Part shown: piece by piece, positions 26,501 through 44,744 of the stretch | How positions within the stretch are numbered: the stretch's first letter is position 1 | Layout of the letters: every line of letters starts with the position of its first letter | Assembly: GCA_012295275.1 (NCBI GenBank) | Contig: CM022673.1 | Coordinates: 18,104,001 to 18,168,000, forward strand | Reading direction: 5' to 3' | Length of the DNA stretch: 64,000 bases | Source of the DNA: Chrysomallon squamiferum | Taxonomy: Eukaryota; Animalia; Mollusca | The notes under the pieces: generated by a model | Seen by the model: the letters and a program-made list of their open reading frames with translations, nothing else | What the model was told of the DNA's origin: nothing | Databases searched by the model: none | Program-made: the position numbers and the translations under genes

Positions 26501-27122
26501 AATAAATATTTGTATTTTAGGCAGCACAGCCGAGGAGACAGATTTCTTTCCTAGCCCTGACTCGGTGCGGATGTGGACGTGGGTGAACTACACCCAGCAT
26601 GTAACTGAGAAACTGGACACTTTCAGCGGAAACATTTCCGAGAAAACTCTAGAAATGTACCCACCTTCTAACTACTCGTCTGTTGAATGTGTCTATACGT
26701 CTCTAGTATCTAACATTAGAGTTAACTGCCCTTTACAGGAAATTGCGTATGGTGCTGCAAACAGTATCCCAGTGTACTCGTACGTTGTGACGTATAGAGC
26801 GTCTCAGCCAATCATATTCGATGGATATAAACACCCCAGTGTCTGTTCTGGTCACTGCTTGGATATACTCGGTCTGTTTGGAGTTTTGGACAAATTCATC
26901 GACATCCCAACTGAGGACGACGTCTCCTTCGGCAATATCGTAGCTGAGGAGTTTATTCACTTTCTCAAATATGGTAAACCGAAATCTACTTCCTGGCAGA
27001 AGTTCCCGCTCAAAACTGCACTTCTAGATAAAAGAATAAAGTACATCGAAGGAGCTTACAAATCGGAGGAGTGCGCCTTTTGGAGGAGACATGGATTCTT
27101 CAGATACAGCTGGATAAACTAA
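23592..27122 (+). CDS. Type-B carboxylesterase/cholinesterase family protein, neurotactin-like (copy 2, 751 aa)
   Basis: Exons 23592-24854, 25840-26158, 26287-26358 and 26521-27122, with the same lengths as copy 1. Motifs HGGFL, GQSSGG, GSTAEE, SGHCLD. Confidence 0.93.
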
Positions 27123-28780
27123 TCTGGTGTCTATGAAGTGATTTCAGATCTATCGTCAACCGCTGCACGTTTTGATGTTCACTTACAGGCATAATAGGAA
27201 TGATTTTTAAAATAATCTCGTTAATAAAACTTAGCTGATTTCTCAACCACTCTTAAATAATTTAAATTTGGTTAATTCCGTACATTCTTTTTTTTTTTTT
27301 TTTTTTTCGGAAACGCTATCTTTTCGTTATTTCTTAATATTCGTATAGCTATAATTTTTACTTATTATTATTATTGTAATTATTATAATTATTGTTATTA
27401 TTATTACTATTATTATTGTTATTATTATTGTTGTTGTTGTTACTATTATTATTTAAAAATAATATTTTAGCGTGAGCTAATAAAACTAACGTGAGGGCTG
27501 AATAGTTAGAACGGGAGATAAAAATTATTGGCAAACAAGAATTAGAAGTAGCACTGGTAGTAGTTGAAGTAGTAACTGTAGTTATATTAGCAGCGGAAGA
27601 TACAGTATCGCAGCAATAATAAAAACAGTACTAGTAACAGAAGTAGCAGTCGTAATAGTAACTGTAACCGAACTAGTAAATGTGTTGTTTAGTAATTATA
27701 GAAATTGTAGTAGAAATAGTAGATTTTGGGGTTTATTAACAATAAAATAATAATATAAAGTAAAATAAAAAACAAACAAACAAACAAAGAAACAAGCAAG
27801 CAAGCAAATAAATATACATAGAAAAGTTAAATTTTGTTTTTCATTTCAAGTGATTATTTCTAAAACGAGAGATAAAGTTTCAACAGTAAACCGAAGAAAT
27901 ATTAAATATGAAAAATGTCGATGATGGAAATATTAAAACATTTCTATTGGAATCATACAAAAGCTATTTAGACTATTTTCACGTATTGGAATATAGGTAT
28001 CACCAATATTATTTCACAGTCTTGTATTTTGTATATTGTACATACGTGTATTTTATATACTTTATTATTTTTACTTTTATAACTTTAACTCTGAAAGGAC
28101 TAAGAAATCAGTTTGTAAAACAACCAACGTAAATAAAAACATATTATTGCTCAAATTTAATATATACAATGTTTTGATGCGAAGTAACGCTTATATATCG
28201 TTTTCAGCGTTTGATGTGTGAAAGTTAGGTTGAAATAATTATGTAATTCCCTTATAACATTTTTGGCTAAAAAAAATTGTTATTATTTAACCAGTGTTTT
28301 CTCCATTCGTTTTATATTTATGATAATGGTTAAACCAGTAGAAACTCGAGAAGTTACAGCCGTTTTAGACTTTTACGTTTGTTGGATTCATATCTTTTCT
28401 ATTTTAATTAGAAAGTATATGTGATTATGTCGGTACTATGTTCAGTGATGGTACAATTATAACGGATAGTTTCTTGTATGTGATATAAAGAAATAAAATT
28501 ATTTCTTTTTAATTCATTATTTTTTTTTATTATGTATTCAAATAAACATTCACAGTTATATACAAAATAACATAGAACTGTAAAAAAAAAACGTTTTTAA
28601 AATTTGAATATTTTAAATATAAACATCTCAAAATAAATAAAAACATATGTAAATAATAACAAGATTCCATACTGAATCCCCCAAATGCTAAAGGACCGGA
28701 AACCGGAAGTTATTCCTGAGTCACCAACATGCTCATTGCATTGCTTCTGTTTTTCTCATTTCTGCTGAGACGTGATTTTA

Positions 28781-30992
28781 CTACACCACAGAAGACGTCT
28801 GCACGTATAAACATCTTTTGTTTTTCAACGCTTTGTTTCTCAGCAGCCTGTTTATCCCTTTCCGAATGTCGCTCCTCATCAAGGCGTACACGAGAGGGTT
28901 GACGGCGGAGCTGACCGCTGGGCAGTGGTGGGCAATGACCCCCAGGGCGGGGTAAGCCGCGAGGCGGAGGTTCTCGTCTACCCGCGCGATCAGGTTAAAG
29001 TAGACAATAGGAGGGATCCACATCAGCAGATAGGTGCCCAAGATGATGCCACACGTTTTAAGCGCCTTCATCTCTATAATGTGCGTCAGCCTTCGTTTGT
29101 CTGAAACACAGAAAATATCGAGATTTTGTTCTAACTGGAAACCGTACATAATTTTGAAAATGTATATACATCTATTTGTATATGTATGGAAGTCTAAATT
29201 TGGAGTATATTAATACTAAAATAAAATAAAATAAAATAAAATAAAATAAAATAAATAAATAAATAATAATATAAATAATAATAATAATAATAATAATGAT
29301 GATGATGATGATAAAGTTTGATGATGTGATAATACACATTGTACATAAATGTATAATTTCTTTTCACATACTCGTACACACATACATGTATCTATGAATA
29401 TATTATAAATACGTCCTGTTGAAAGACTTTATCGGACACATTCTGTTTTATGCATTTTAAATAGTTTTGTTATCTTCCGCGTTAAAGTTTTTTCAGATAT
29501 TTGGATTCTCTTTCATTTTAAAATCTATTTCGAGGATGTTTTAACATTAAACCAACAAATAAATTGAAAGAGTGAACGAGCAAAAGAGGATGAAAGAGAA
29601 AAAATGTATACGCTCATATGTACATTAATGTAAAATACACACACACACACACACACACACAGACACAAACACCCACAAACACCCACAAACACACACAAAC
29701 ACACACACAAACACACACAAACACACACACAAACACAAACACACACACACACAAACACACACAAACACACACACACACACAAACACACACACAAACACAC
29801 ACACAAACACACACAAACACACACACACACACACACACAAACACACACAAACACACAAAAACACCCACAAACACACACAAACACATACACGCACAAACAC
29901 GCACAAACACACACAAACACACAAACAAACACACACACAAACACACACACAAACACACACACAAACACACAAACACACAAACACACACAAACACACACAA
30001 ACACACAAACACAACACACACACACACACATTTAATATATAATATTATAGCAGCAGAGACAGAAACTGAGAGAGAGAGAGAGAGAAAGAAAGGGACAGAG
30101 ACCGACAGTGAGATGGGGAGAGACAAAGAGATATAGGGAGGTAGAGAGAGACAGAGAAAGAGGCAGAGAGAGAAAGAAAGACAGAGAGATAGAAAGACAG
30201 AGATAGAGACACAGAGACAGAGAGAAAGAGAGAACCAAAGAAAGTTAGAGTGAGAGAGGAGGAGAGAGGTATATTTTGTATAAGGCTGAAAAAAAAATGT
30301 ACTGTCACATGAATTAAAAATAGCTAAATTTCTGTTACTGAATCGATTAACATTGCCAAGTTCATAGAAACTATACAAGACTTTTTACCTTTGACTCTCT
30401 GCACGCCTGATGCTATTGTTTTAGCGATTTCCACGTTTTTCGTGTAACGAAATGCCTTTCTAAACATGAATCCGTATAAGGTAACCATTTCCACGAAGAC
30501 AATCATTCTGAAGACCGTCATAATGTGAACTCCTGTAGTTTTTGTGAACAGTTCTCTGTAACAACAACCAGGCGTTGTTTGAAAAACTGCGTAATGTATA
30601 GCTCCAAAGGCTAAAAACATGACACTAAGAATCCCTATTACCCACAAAGCCATTCGAATGGTTGCATATTTCCGGTAAATTAGAGGTCGCTGTATAGCAA
30701 CAAATCTGTCAAAGGTGATGGCCTCCACCGTGGCACACCCAAGACACCACCCTGAGTGATGCAGACACAGAACGAGGCTGCAGACGGGTTTGGAAACGCC
30801 GGGGAAGAAATCGGCGACGATGAAGCTTGTAATCACCGTCGACGAAACAAACATGTCTGCCACGCAGAGGAATGCGACCAGCGTGTTTGACGGCGTCTTC
30901 AGCCGCTTCACTCTCACTATTGCCATGACGACCAGAAGATTTCCAACAAAACTGACGACGCCGATCACCGAGCCCGACACTGTAAACCACAT
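28781..30992 (-). CDS. Class A (rhodopsin-like) GPCR, orphan, about 307 aa, 2 exons
   Basis: Exons 30992-30389 and 29100-28781 (phase 1, AAAG|gtaaaa ... tttcag|AC). TM1 GN, TM2 LCVAD, TM3 Cys and DRF, TM4 W, TM6 MWIP, TM7 NPLVY. Confidence 0.88.
29635..30270. repeat. Compound (CA/CACAAA)n and (GA)n microsatellite in the GPCR intron
   Basis: Direct reading; source of several spurious ORFs. Confidence 0.9.
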
Positions 30993-32319
30993 TACGACAA
31001 CCTTATTTTATAGGAAATCATTTAATTACACTACCATTATCCCGCAACATGATGTTTACATCATAATAGCATCATTGAAGAAAAATCACGTTTCCACTCG
31101 CAAAGTTTTATCAAAATCAGTCACGTAGACCTTGATAAACATTGAAGAAATTTTTGTGAAAACATAATTATTACATAAGTCGGGAACATTATCGTTACAG
31201 AACTAAAACGGCCATGTTAGAATGATGAACTGTTGCCGTGACATATGATACGCAGGTTTGAGGCTTACAGTTTTACAGATTATGTTTGAAAGATACCAGT
31301 GGTCTTGTCTGTGTTTTGAAAACTCTGAACTTGTGTTCGTTACTCACAAAGCGATATCACTTCAGCCCGCTGCTCGGGTATCTACAAATTGAAGACTCGC
31401 TAATTCTCTTTTATTTTCACAGACAACGAGCCACATTAATTTCTCGTTGACGTCGTTCATTAGCAGCAATACCTGAGCTACAGACTTCGTATTACTCGTG
31501 TTAACGCAGCAATACGGTGAAAGGTTAAGTGAGTAGACGTTTGTATAATACAACCAATACTCTTCCGGTAACGTTAATGAATTAATGTTTTATAGCTGCT
31601 GTGCGTAAACAAAGCTGCCCATTAACAGAACGGTTTGTTATTAACATTACTGCGCACGTGAGTTTGAAAATGGAAAACAACAAAACAGACTAGAATCTTG
31701 CCTTAAATTATGGTTTTGTTCTCCTGGTCACTTGATAAGTAAACTAAAAAAACTTAATGTTTATTTTGAAAAGTACAAGTTATACTAACTTATTATTATT
31801 GTCTCTACTAATATAAACTCTACATGGTAGTTCGCTTACTAATTTTTTTCTTTGTTAGATATTGGCTACACTGTGTTACAAACGTTAGTACACTAAACTG
31901 CCCAGAAGAATGTCTGATGAAATGTATCATTTGCATGATGCAACAGAATAATTCAGTTATCAACTTTATGGAAAATCATTAGCAATAATACTTAAATTAC
32001 CTTATATCTGTGAAATTATCTTATAATTAAACAAATGAGATATTCCAACAACAGTATTTAAACATGCTGATACACTTTTGTTTATAAAATTGTACAGCTA
32101 ATATTGAAAAAGGAAGATACACTATTTTTATTGAAGATCTCGAAGAAAAAGAGATCTTCGAAAGGTAGGCACCGCGATCGAATCCTGATAGTGGCTTCAA
32201 TCAATGATAAATGAAAACAAGAAAAAGTGCAAATTTGAATTATACTGTGCTAACAGATAATGTTGTGGGTATATATATTATATATATTCCTTTTTCAATA
32301 TATATATATATATCGATAT

Positions 32320-32352
<33 letters not shown>

Positions 32353-32597
32353 AATACATATATGTATAAATATATTTATATATGTATATATATACACAGA
32401 ATTTTAAAAGGGTAAACAGATAAATATCAATAAATCAATAAATCAGTAAATCAATAAAGAAATAAAGAAAAATATATCAGAAACAGAAAACCTTTAGAGT
32501 GGTTAAAGTGTCTGTAGTCTGAGTGTATGTAATCAGTTTTATTTAAACAAGTGTTCTAATGTTACTGCTTTGTGGAATGAATGAATGGATGTTTATT

Positions 32598-32647
<50 letters not shown>

Positions 32648-32875
32648 ATAATAATAATAATAATAATAACAGCAATAACAACTTCAACACAACTAAAAAA
32701 CCCAATAATAACAACTATAGACAAACAGCAGTACAAACTCGTTTTATTTCACTAGATGTTGTTTTTCTCTGGTTTCTTGTTCTTTTAAATACATTTTGCA
32801 CTTAATCAGTTTTGATTTTGTAACGTTGTGTGTTGGTTTCTGGGTATCTATGCAGTTTGGTGGGAATGTTCAGTA

Positions 32876-37732
<4,857 letters not shown>

Positions 37733-37741
37733 CTAGCGTGA

Positions 37742-38170
37742 AATAAAATATATTAAACACTGATATATAAAATATAACTCGTATTAAACATTTATATATA
37801 AAATATAACTCATATTAAACATTTATATAGAAAATATATTAAACACTGATATATAAAATATAACTCGTATTAAACACTGATATATAAAATATAACTCGTA
37901 TTAAACATTTATATATAAAATATATTAAACACTGATATATAAAATATAACTCGTATTAAACATTTATATAGAAAATATATTAAACACTGATATATAAAAT
38001 ATAACTCATATTAAACACTGATATATAAAATATAACTCGTATTAAACATTTATATATAAAATATAACTCATATTAAACATTTATATAGAAAATATAACTC
38101 GTATTAAATATTTATATAGAAAATAAACTAATATTAAACATTTATAAAATATAACTCATTAAATATTTAT
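37742..38170. repeat. AT-rich composite minisatellite (about 24-30 bp units) in cathepsin L intron 1
   Basis: Interleaved units aaaatataactc(g/a)tattaaaca(ttt/ctg)atatat and aaaatatattaaacactgatatat. Confidence 0.85.
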
Positions 38171-38784
38171 ACATACAATGTGACTTTATATTATGTCAGT
38201 AATATCAGAACAACTGCATTTGATAAATAACATTTATGGAAACTAATTACTAGTTTTAAAACACTGGAAATAAATCATATTAAAAGATCAACACATAAAA
38301 TGTAACTCGTATTAAAACATCTACATTAAATATTTATCTGATATTGTCTTATCTTCATGCAAATCCTAATTCGGATTAAAATGTGTACACAGAGTATGTA
38401 CATATACGTGCTGTGCTAATGATAACAATTAGTCAATGAACATTAGAAAATAATCATAAAATAATGATAATAGTAATAATGAAAGAAAAACAAATCTTTG
38501 TATACAGGTATCGATACTCTAGTTGTACCGTATTTTATTTTATTTTCAACAGAACAAAATAGGTTAGTATAAGAGATATGAACTGTGTTAGTGATAGCTC
38601 TTTGACAAATAGTCACTGAACATCAGAAAGGATAAGGTGTGCATTATAGAAATGTTAAAAACAGGTTTTGTTTCTGTAGATAATATAGTGAGTTAAGTAG
38701 GTCTTCGATACACAGCTTGATGAAACAAATATATTGAAAAAACTATGTATATTTAAAATATACAGTAACTGAACTGTGCTGATA

Positions 38785-38818
<34 letters not shown>

Positions 38819-39120
38819 ATGATAATAATAAGAATAAGAATAATAGTAACTGAGATAAAAACTAATGAACACAGACGAGTTATCAGCTTTAGCATCATTC
38901 TGTTTTAGCTGTGTGTTTGTTTATACAAGATAGTTAGTGGTGTTTATGATGGAAGCTTACATAAAAAGAAAATTATTTAAAAACTGATCACACAGAGCCT
39001 GACACGTTTTAAATGAAGAAAGGTCGAGAGTTACCTTCATGTTGACCACGGCACACAGCTGTATGTAACAGAGCTGCTTTGTAACAAACTACTTTACACG
39101 TATAATGACGAATGAATAAA

Positions 39121-39167
39121 CTCATGACAGTCACGTTAGCCGAGACCACGTGACCAGCCCTCGTGAC
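39121..39167 (-). promoter_or_regulatory. CLEAR/E-box cluster in the cathepsin L proximal promoter
   Basis: GGTCACGTGG on the minus strand (CACGTG 39147-39152), GTCACG 39130-39135 and CGTGAC 39162-39167, about 100 bp upstream of the putative first exon; resembles MiT/TFE (TFEB) CLEAR sites. Confidence 0.55.
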
Positions 39168-40306
39168 TTTTGTGAGTTTTTCGACCACTATACGGTACTT
39201 GTTAATCTGCGACATACACCATCATAATCCAAAATAATACAATACCAAATAAGGTGTGTTTAAATGATTTAAAAAAAAAAAAAAAAAAAATAATAATAAA
39301 AAAAATAAAAAAACAGTTGACGTTAAAAGTTTTTTTTAAAATTTAAATAAACATTCAGACTCCAAAAATATACATACACACACGTACATATACATAACTA
39401 CATACATACACACACACAAATACTTACATATACATACATAAACACTCACACACAAGGTGTTGTAGTAGTAGTTGTAGCAGTGGTATTGTTGATGAGAGAG
39501 TTGTAGCAGCTGTTGTGCTGATTGCTAAGAGAGCAGAATTTCATCAACAACAGTTTACTACTTTTAAATCTGTGTTTCGGTGATTAAAATTGTTTTTATT
39601 TTACCTTATTCATATTTTGTGACAGTCACTGCCAACAAGATTCGTGGTGATAACACAAAAGAAAACCGCTTGTCAGTCATGATCACATGAATTATAGACA
39701 TTTCCGAGCACATCAATGTTTATTTAACTCTTGAAAGGTTTTCGCGGTTCGTTCAAATCTTGCGTAAATTCTGACATTAAAACACGTCACAGAAAGATCG
39801 GCTTCTTTGTGCCAATGTCATCTGCGTCGTTCAGCTGTTTCCGTAGCACTTAATGAAACACTGTTAAATGAGATCTAACATAAGTAGACACACACAGACA
39901 CACAGATACACAGACACACTCACATATACCTAAACTCAAATACGAATATAATCATAAAATAATGATATTAACAATAACGAAAGAAAAACAAATCTTTATC
40001 CGCAGGTATCGATACTCCGTTTATACCTTGTTTACACTGAACGTAAGTAATTTTAACGTATGTCATTTTAACGCATGTTATTTAAAAAAAAAAAAATCTA
40101 TCCATGACAGTGTTTGTGGGAGTCGTCCACTGGCAGAACAATAGTGTAAATTGTATAGAGACGGTAATCATAGAGCCATTGAGAAGAACAGAATGAAGAC
40201 CAATAGACCATAAAACTGCAAATTACATCTGTTCTGTGTTATTAGAGTACTAGGTTATAAGACTTGCAACACAGCTAGCCATTTGCATTTACACATCTAA
40301 CTCATA

Positions 40307-41665
40307 ATGGTAAAATACTGCTGGTAAGTATAATTTTGTTTTGTTGAATTTCGTTTTTTATTTAAATTAATGTTATTTGTTTCTTAACCATTTTCTATTA
40401 ATTAATTAATCCATTTATTTGAATATTATTTATTACACTTTATTTCATAGCAATTTCTATTATATGTGTGGATGTTTGGGTGTGTAATTATTATTGTACG
40501 TGCATACTCTGTAATTCTCATATTTTTAAAGTGTTTGGAAATAACAGTTATTGTGGACATTCGTCTTGTTGTTTATATCTATTATTATTATTATTATTAT
40601 TTGTTGTTGTTGTTGAGGATGATGTTTTTGTTGTATAATGTTAATGACTGGTAATACAAGTGTATTAGGCTTACTGCATTACTAAGTAGTCATTACCGTT
40701 TTCTACAATAAATTTTGCTGTGCTGTGCATCAAAAGATTTTATTATTTTATATTAAAACATACTCTTGTTCGTAATTTCAGTATCTGTACGACAGTTTTT
40801 GAATTCTCATCTGCATGGACAGTTAAAAAAGCCATCTTTGTCGTCACTTTGATGAGAATTATCTCTCTCTCCTCGTCATGTAACGCAACCTATTTCATCA
40901 TTCGATCAGGATGTCACGTGACCAGTCCAATTGTGAAGACAGTTGCGGGTTTGCGGAGTTCTGTGACTGCCTGTGTTCTGAGCTGCCAGGGCGAGTGTCA
41001 GGCTGTCAGCTACAACTCAAATGATCAAATCTGCCACACACACGACAAACCAATCAACGCGCAGGAAGTGACGTATGAGATGTCGCCAGACTGGAAATAT
41101 GTTCAGATTCAAAAAGGTTAGATTGTAAAACCATTTCCTTTACATAAGTGAAATTCTGGCGTTAAGACAACATCATTAACAGCGCCGACAGCAACGGTAA
41201 CAACATCAGCAGGAGCAAAACGTAAATAATTTCTGTTTTCGTTTTAAGATTTGGTTTGGTACGACGACTGGGTTCTCGTGTTTCGTGCCACTCCTCGCAT
41301 CAACCAATCAGCCTACGACACGTGGCTCAACTTCAGCCGCTACGACGACCACCCAGCTCTTCGATACGACGTTCCTGTCGGCTGTTTGGGGATACATGGG
41401 TCACGATACTGCGACAGACATTTTAAAAGTAAAGTGATCAATGACTGGAATTCCTACAACATCATCGAGGTACAAGTATCTAAAACTCGATACGTAACAG
41501 CTTTGAATTTGAGTGTGGTCTAAGAAATTGTTCATGTTTAATTTAACTAATAAACACAAGCAAACACACACATGAAGGCTGCCAAAATATCATAAATGTC
41601 TGTTATCTTCTGTACCTTTCCATCCAGCCTCCTGACCATAAACACCAATCTTCCTGCACACCGTC

Positions 41666-41759
<94 letters not shown>

Positions 41760-42161
41760 TACAGTGACTCAGTTCGTGTAGTTTTCCTGTTTTGGACAAC
41801 TGGAATGTTTTCTCAGTCCACTCATGTGCATACAATTCCCATGGATACATCGGCTGGAAAAACTGAAATAGTATTTTCTTTTTTAATGTGGCCTTAAAGA
41901 TATAAAACATAATTTAATATAATCAAGTTCTGTCCTGAATATTTCATTCAAAGTTTTCTTTTAAAGGTGAAAATTGTGTTGTATGAAAATGGCACTGCTA
42001 AAGAGAGCATAACATTCAACGGCAAATCATCGACGTCAACAACATGGTTTGCAGCAGCCAGAATGATGTCATCATCATGGACGGACATCATTGGCAAAAC
42101 ATTTAATTATTTTTCTCAAGAAGGGTATTTCTTTAGATGGAACATAACTTCGATCTGATTT

Positions 42162-42222
<61 letters not shown>

Positions 42223-43375
42223 GCATTTGACATTTGATATGATATGGATGACTGCGCTGTGACAGTCTTGTCAGTGAAGGTCAAATGGTTTATCATGTGT
42301 TGAATTGTGAAGCGAATTTCAGACCCGTCATTTAGAAAAAAAAAAAAAATAATAATATTAATAAAACATTCTGACACGTAGCCATTTACAGAGATTATAA
42401 TAAAATTACATGATTCGTCTCGCTAATTTCAAGGATTAGAGAGAACAATAAACTTGCTTTGCCCCGAGCACTGACAACAAGCGCTAGGCCTCTGAAATGA
42501 GGTTACGATGGGAACAGCATAAAATCACTATAGCTGACTGAGTACCGCGCAGTGACCTTTAACTAACTGACCGAGTCGGGACCAGTGGTTGTATGTTTAT
42601 ATTCGTGTAAAAAAAAGTATTTCTGTTTCAGGGATGCTTGGATTTTTCGGCGCTGGTTTGTCAATGAATTCTACAACGGCTGTGAAAATGACGAAGGCTG
42701 GATGATTGTGCTGGACAAAAACGTAAGCACGTGTCCCTGGGAAGCTCGAGCGAAGGAGGGATTTCCTGTTTTTCTGTATGCACCCAATCACAAGAAAACA
42801 GCCTGGCATTCAGAAGGTTTGTAGTAAAGTGTCTTCACTCACGTTATTTTTGAGCTTTTATGTCATTCAGTTTCTAGTTTTGAATCAACTCTTCTCAAAT
42901 ATAAGTAACTCTCTGACTTGATGTGAAACAGCTATTGAAAAATTTCTCAGAAAAAAGTCTCTAGATTCCAAAATGTGGATGTTAATTACTTAAAAAACTG
43001 TCATTCATTCGAGCAGAGAGGTAAAGTATCCAAGTAAAATCAGTTTATTAATACAAGTGAAATTTATTGCAAATCTCATTTTCTGAATTATTTATAAAAT
43101 CAAGGACAATTTTTTATTTTATATTGTAGTAAGACAGTACATACCTCAAAGTTAACTGTAATTTCAGTTTAAGTTTACCGTGTGTGTGTGTGTGTGTGTG
43201 TGTTTAAACATCTATGTATGTATTTAGAAATGAATATTTTGTTGTCTTAAGTACTTCTGATTAGACTGTGCACATAGTCACCAGCAGCAACCAAAATATT
43301 GTAATAAAACTGGTTTTCCATCTTTCAGATTACGGTGAAGCAGACGTCATGGCAGTGTTTGTCAAGTTTGGTTGA
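40307..43375 (+). CDS. Secreted PAN/Apple-domain protein with uncharacterised C-terminal domain (paralog A, about 320 aa)
   Basis: Exons 40307-40323 (tentative), 40782-41116, 41249-41469, 41967-42124, 42632-42816 and 43329-43375; phases consistent. PAN-like C.x3.C..C.AVSY....C, followed by WVLVFRA, YDTW, CDRHF, RRWF..YNGCEND.GW and ADVMAVFVKF. Confidence 0.85.
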
Positions 43376-44589
43376 TGCCACTGACATAAAAACTCCATCT
43401 CTTGACATTTCAGTGTGTCCTGTGAGAAAACATGAATGAAATTACAATGGAAGTTTATTTTTACTTTACTGTTAGCTAGATCTCATTAAACATTTAATCG
43501 GAAGTCTGCCGAAATCTTAATGCAATAAAAATGCTAAATCCAGTACACAGATTTGACGTAAACAGTGAAAATAATATTTAACATCTGTTCTTTTCTTATT
43601 CGCTTTAATAAATGTTTCGTTAGCATTTGTGTTATGTTTAACTTGTGTTAACTGTTATGTTGTTATGTTAATGTTAGTATTTGTCCATGTGTTATTATGT
43701 GTGATATTCATGTCGTGCTGGTTGCTATGCTTTATGACGCTGTATGTTTAAATATAAACTACTGATAAATGTTGTTATGTGAAATGTGTATTTATTGCTA
43801 GGTGTATGTGTTTGTATCGCTGCTTTCTTGTTTACGATGATAAATAATTTATATACGTCCTCTCGGTAAATAATTTTATAAAAAAATAAAATAAAAATAT
43901 AGGTAAGTAAGTAAATTGTTAAAAATAAAAATAAAATAATTATATTCAAGAGATATGTTACTATTTTTAGCTTAGAATATATAAATATCAGTTTTCCTGT
44001 GTTAGTTAACAAAGTCACTTGAGTACAGATTTACTTAGAACTCAAGCAGTATAGAGTTCTTTTACAATTTACATTCTAGCGTAATTAAAATCAGTCCAAA
44101 GTAAAAGTATATATATCCTACATTAAGATATTTTCATATGCATTTGAACTGAGATTAACGTGTGTACATAAAATATAAATCACAATTATTACATTTATAA
44201 AATACAAATTATATGAAAACGGCTGTACATAAAAACATAGAAATAGTCCTTGTTCATATATCATGTACACATGATAGTTATATGACAGATGTGAAAAGTA
44301 ATTTTATTTTATTTTCAACAGAACAAAATACGTTAGTATAAGAAATATGTGATGTGTTAATAACAGTTACTTGACAAATAGTCACTGAACATTAGAAAGG
44401 GGAAGGTGTGCATTATAGAAGAAACGTTAAAAACAGGTTTTATTTCTGTAAATAATACATTGAGTTATGTACGTCTTGATACACAGCTTGATGAACCAAA
44501 TATATTGTAAAAAAATGTAAAATACATGCATATTAACTAAACTGCTGATAAATAATAATAATAATGATGATGATGATGATGATGATGAT

Positions 44590-44702
44590 GATGTTGTCTT
44601 GAGGGCCACGTAGTTTCGTCGTCCACCTACGGAATACTTTCGGAACGGGGGCCTTACGTTCAAGCCACGTCAGCGACATCTGACTTTTGTGAAGTAGTGA
44701 TA
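44590..44702 (+). mobile_element. tRNA-derived SINE relic (copy 1)
   Basis: gttgtcttgagggcc ... cgttcaagcc (B-box-like) acgtcagcgacatctgacttttgtgaagtagtgat; aligns by eye to the reverse complement of 49590-49694. Confidence 0.5.
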
Positions 44703-44744
44703 TGGTATTAGTAAACATTGGGTACACACACAAATCCAACAAAC

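Larger units (their letters stand above)
14460..28285 (+). repeat. Tandem segmental duplication (about 14460-20178 and about 22085/22379-28285) carrying the esterase gene
   Basis: Shared flanks aagctgagtcagagacaa (14490) / aagctgagttagagacaa (22379) through aacattttcggctaaaa (20161) / aacatttttggctaaaa (28256). Confidence 0.92.

Noticed and set aside
40914-40924. CLEAR-like TCACGTGACC in both PAN genes (also about 46062)
   Set aside because: Lies in coding sequence and is explained by the conserved His-Val-Thr codons.
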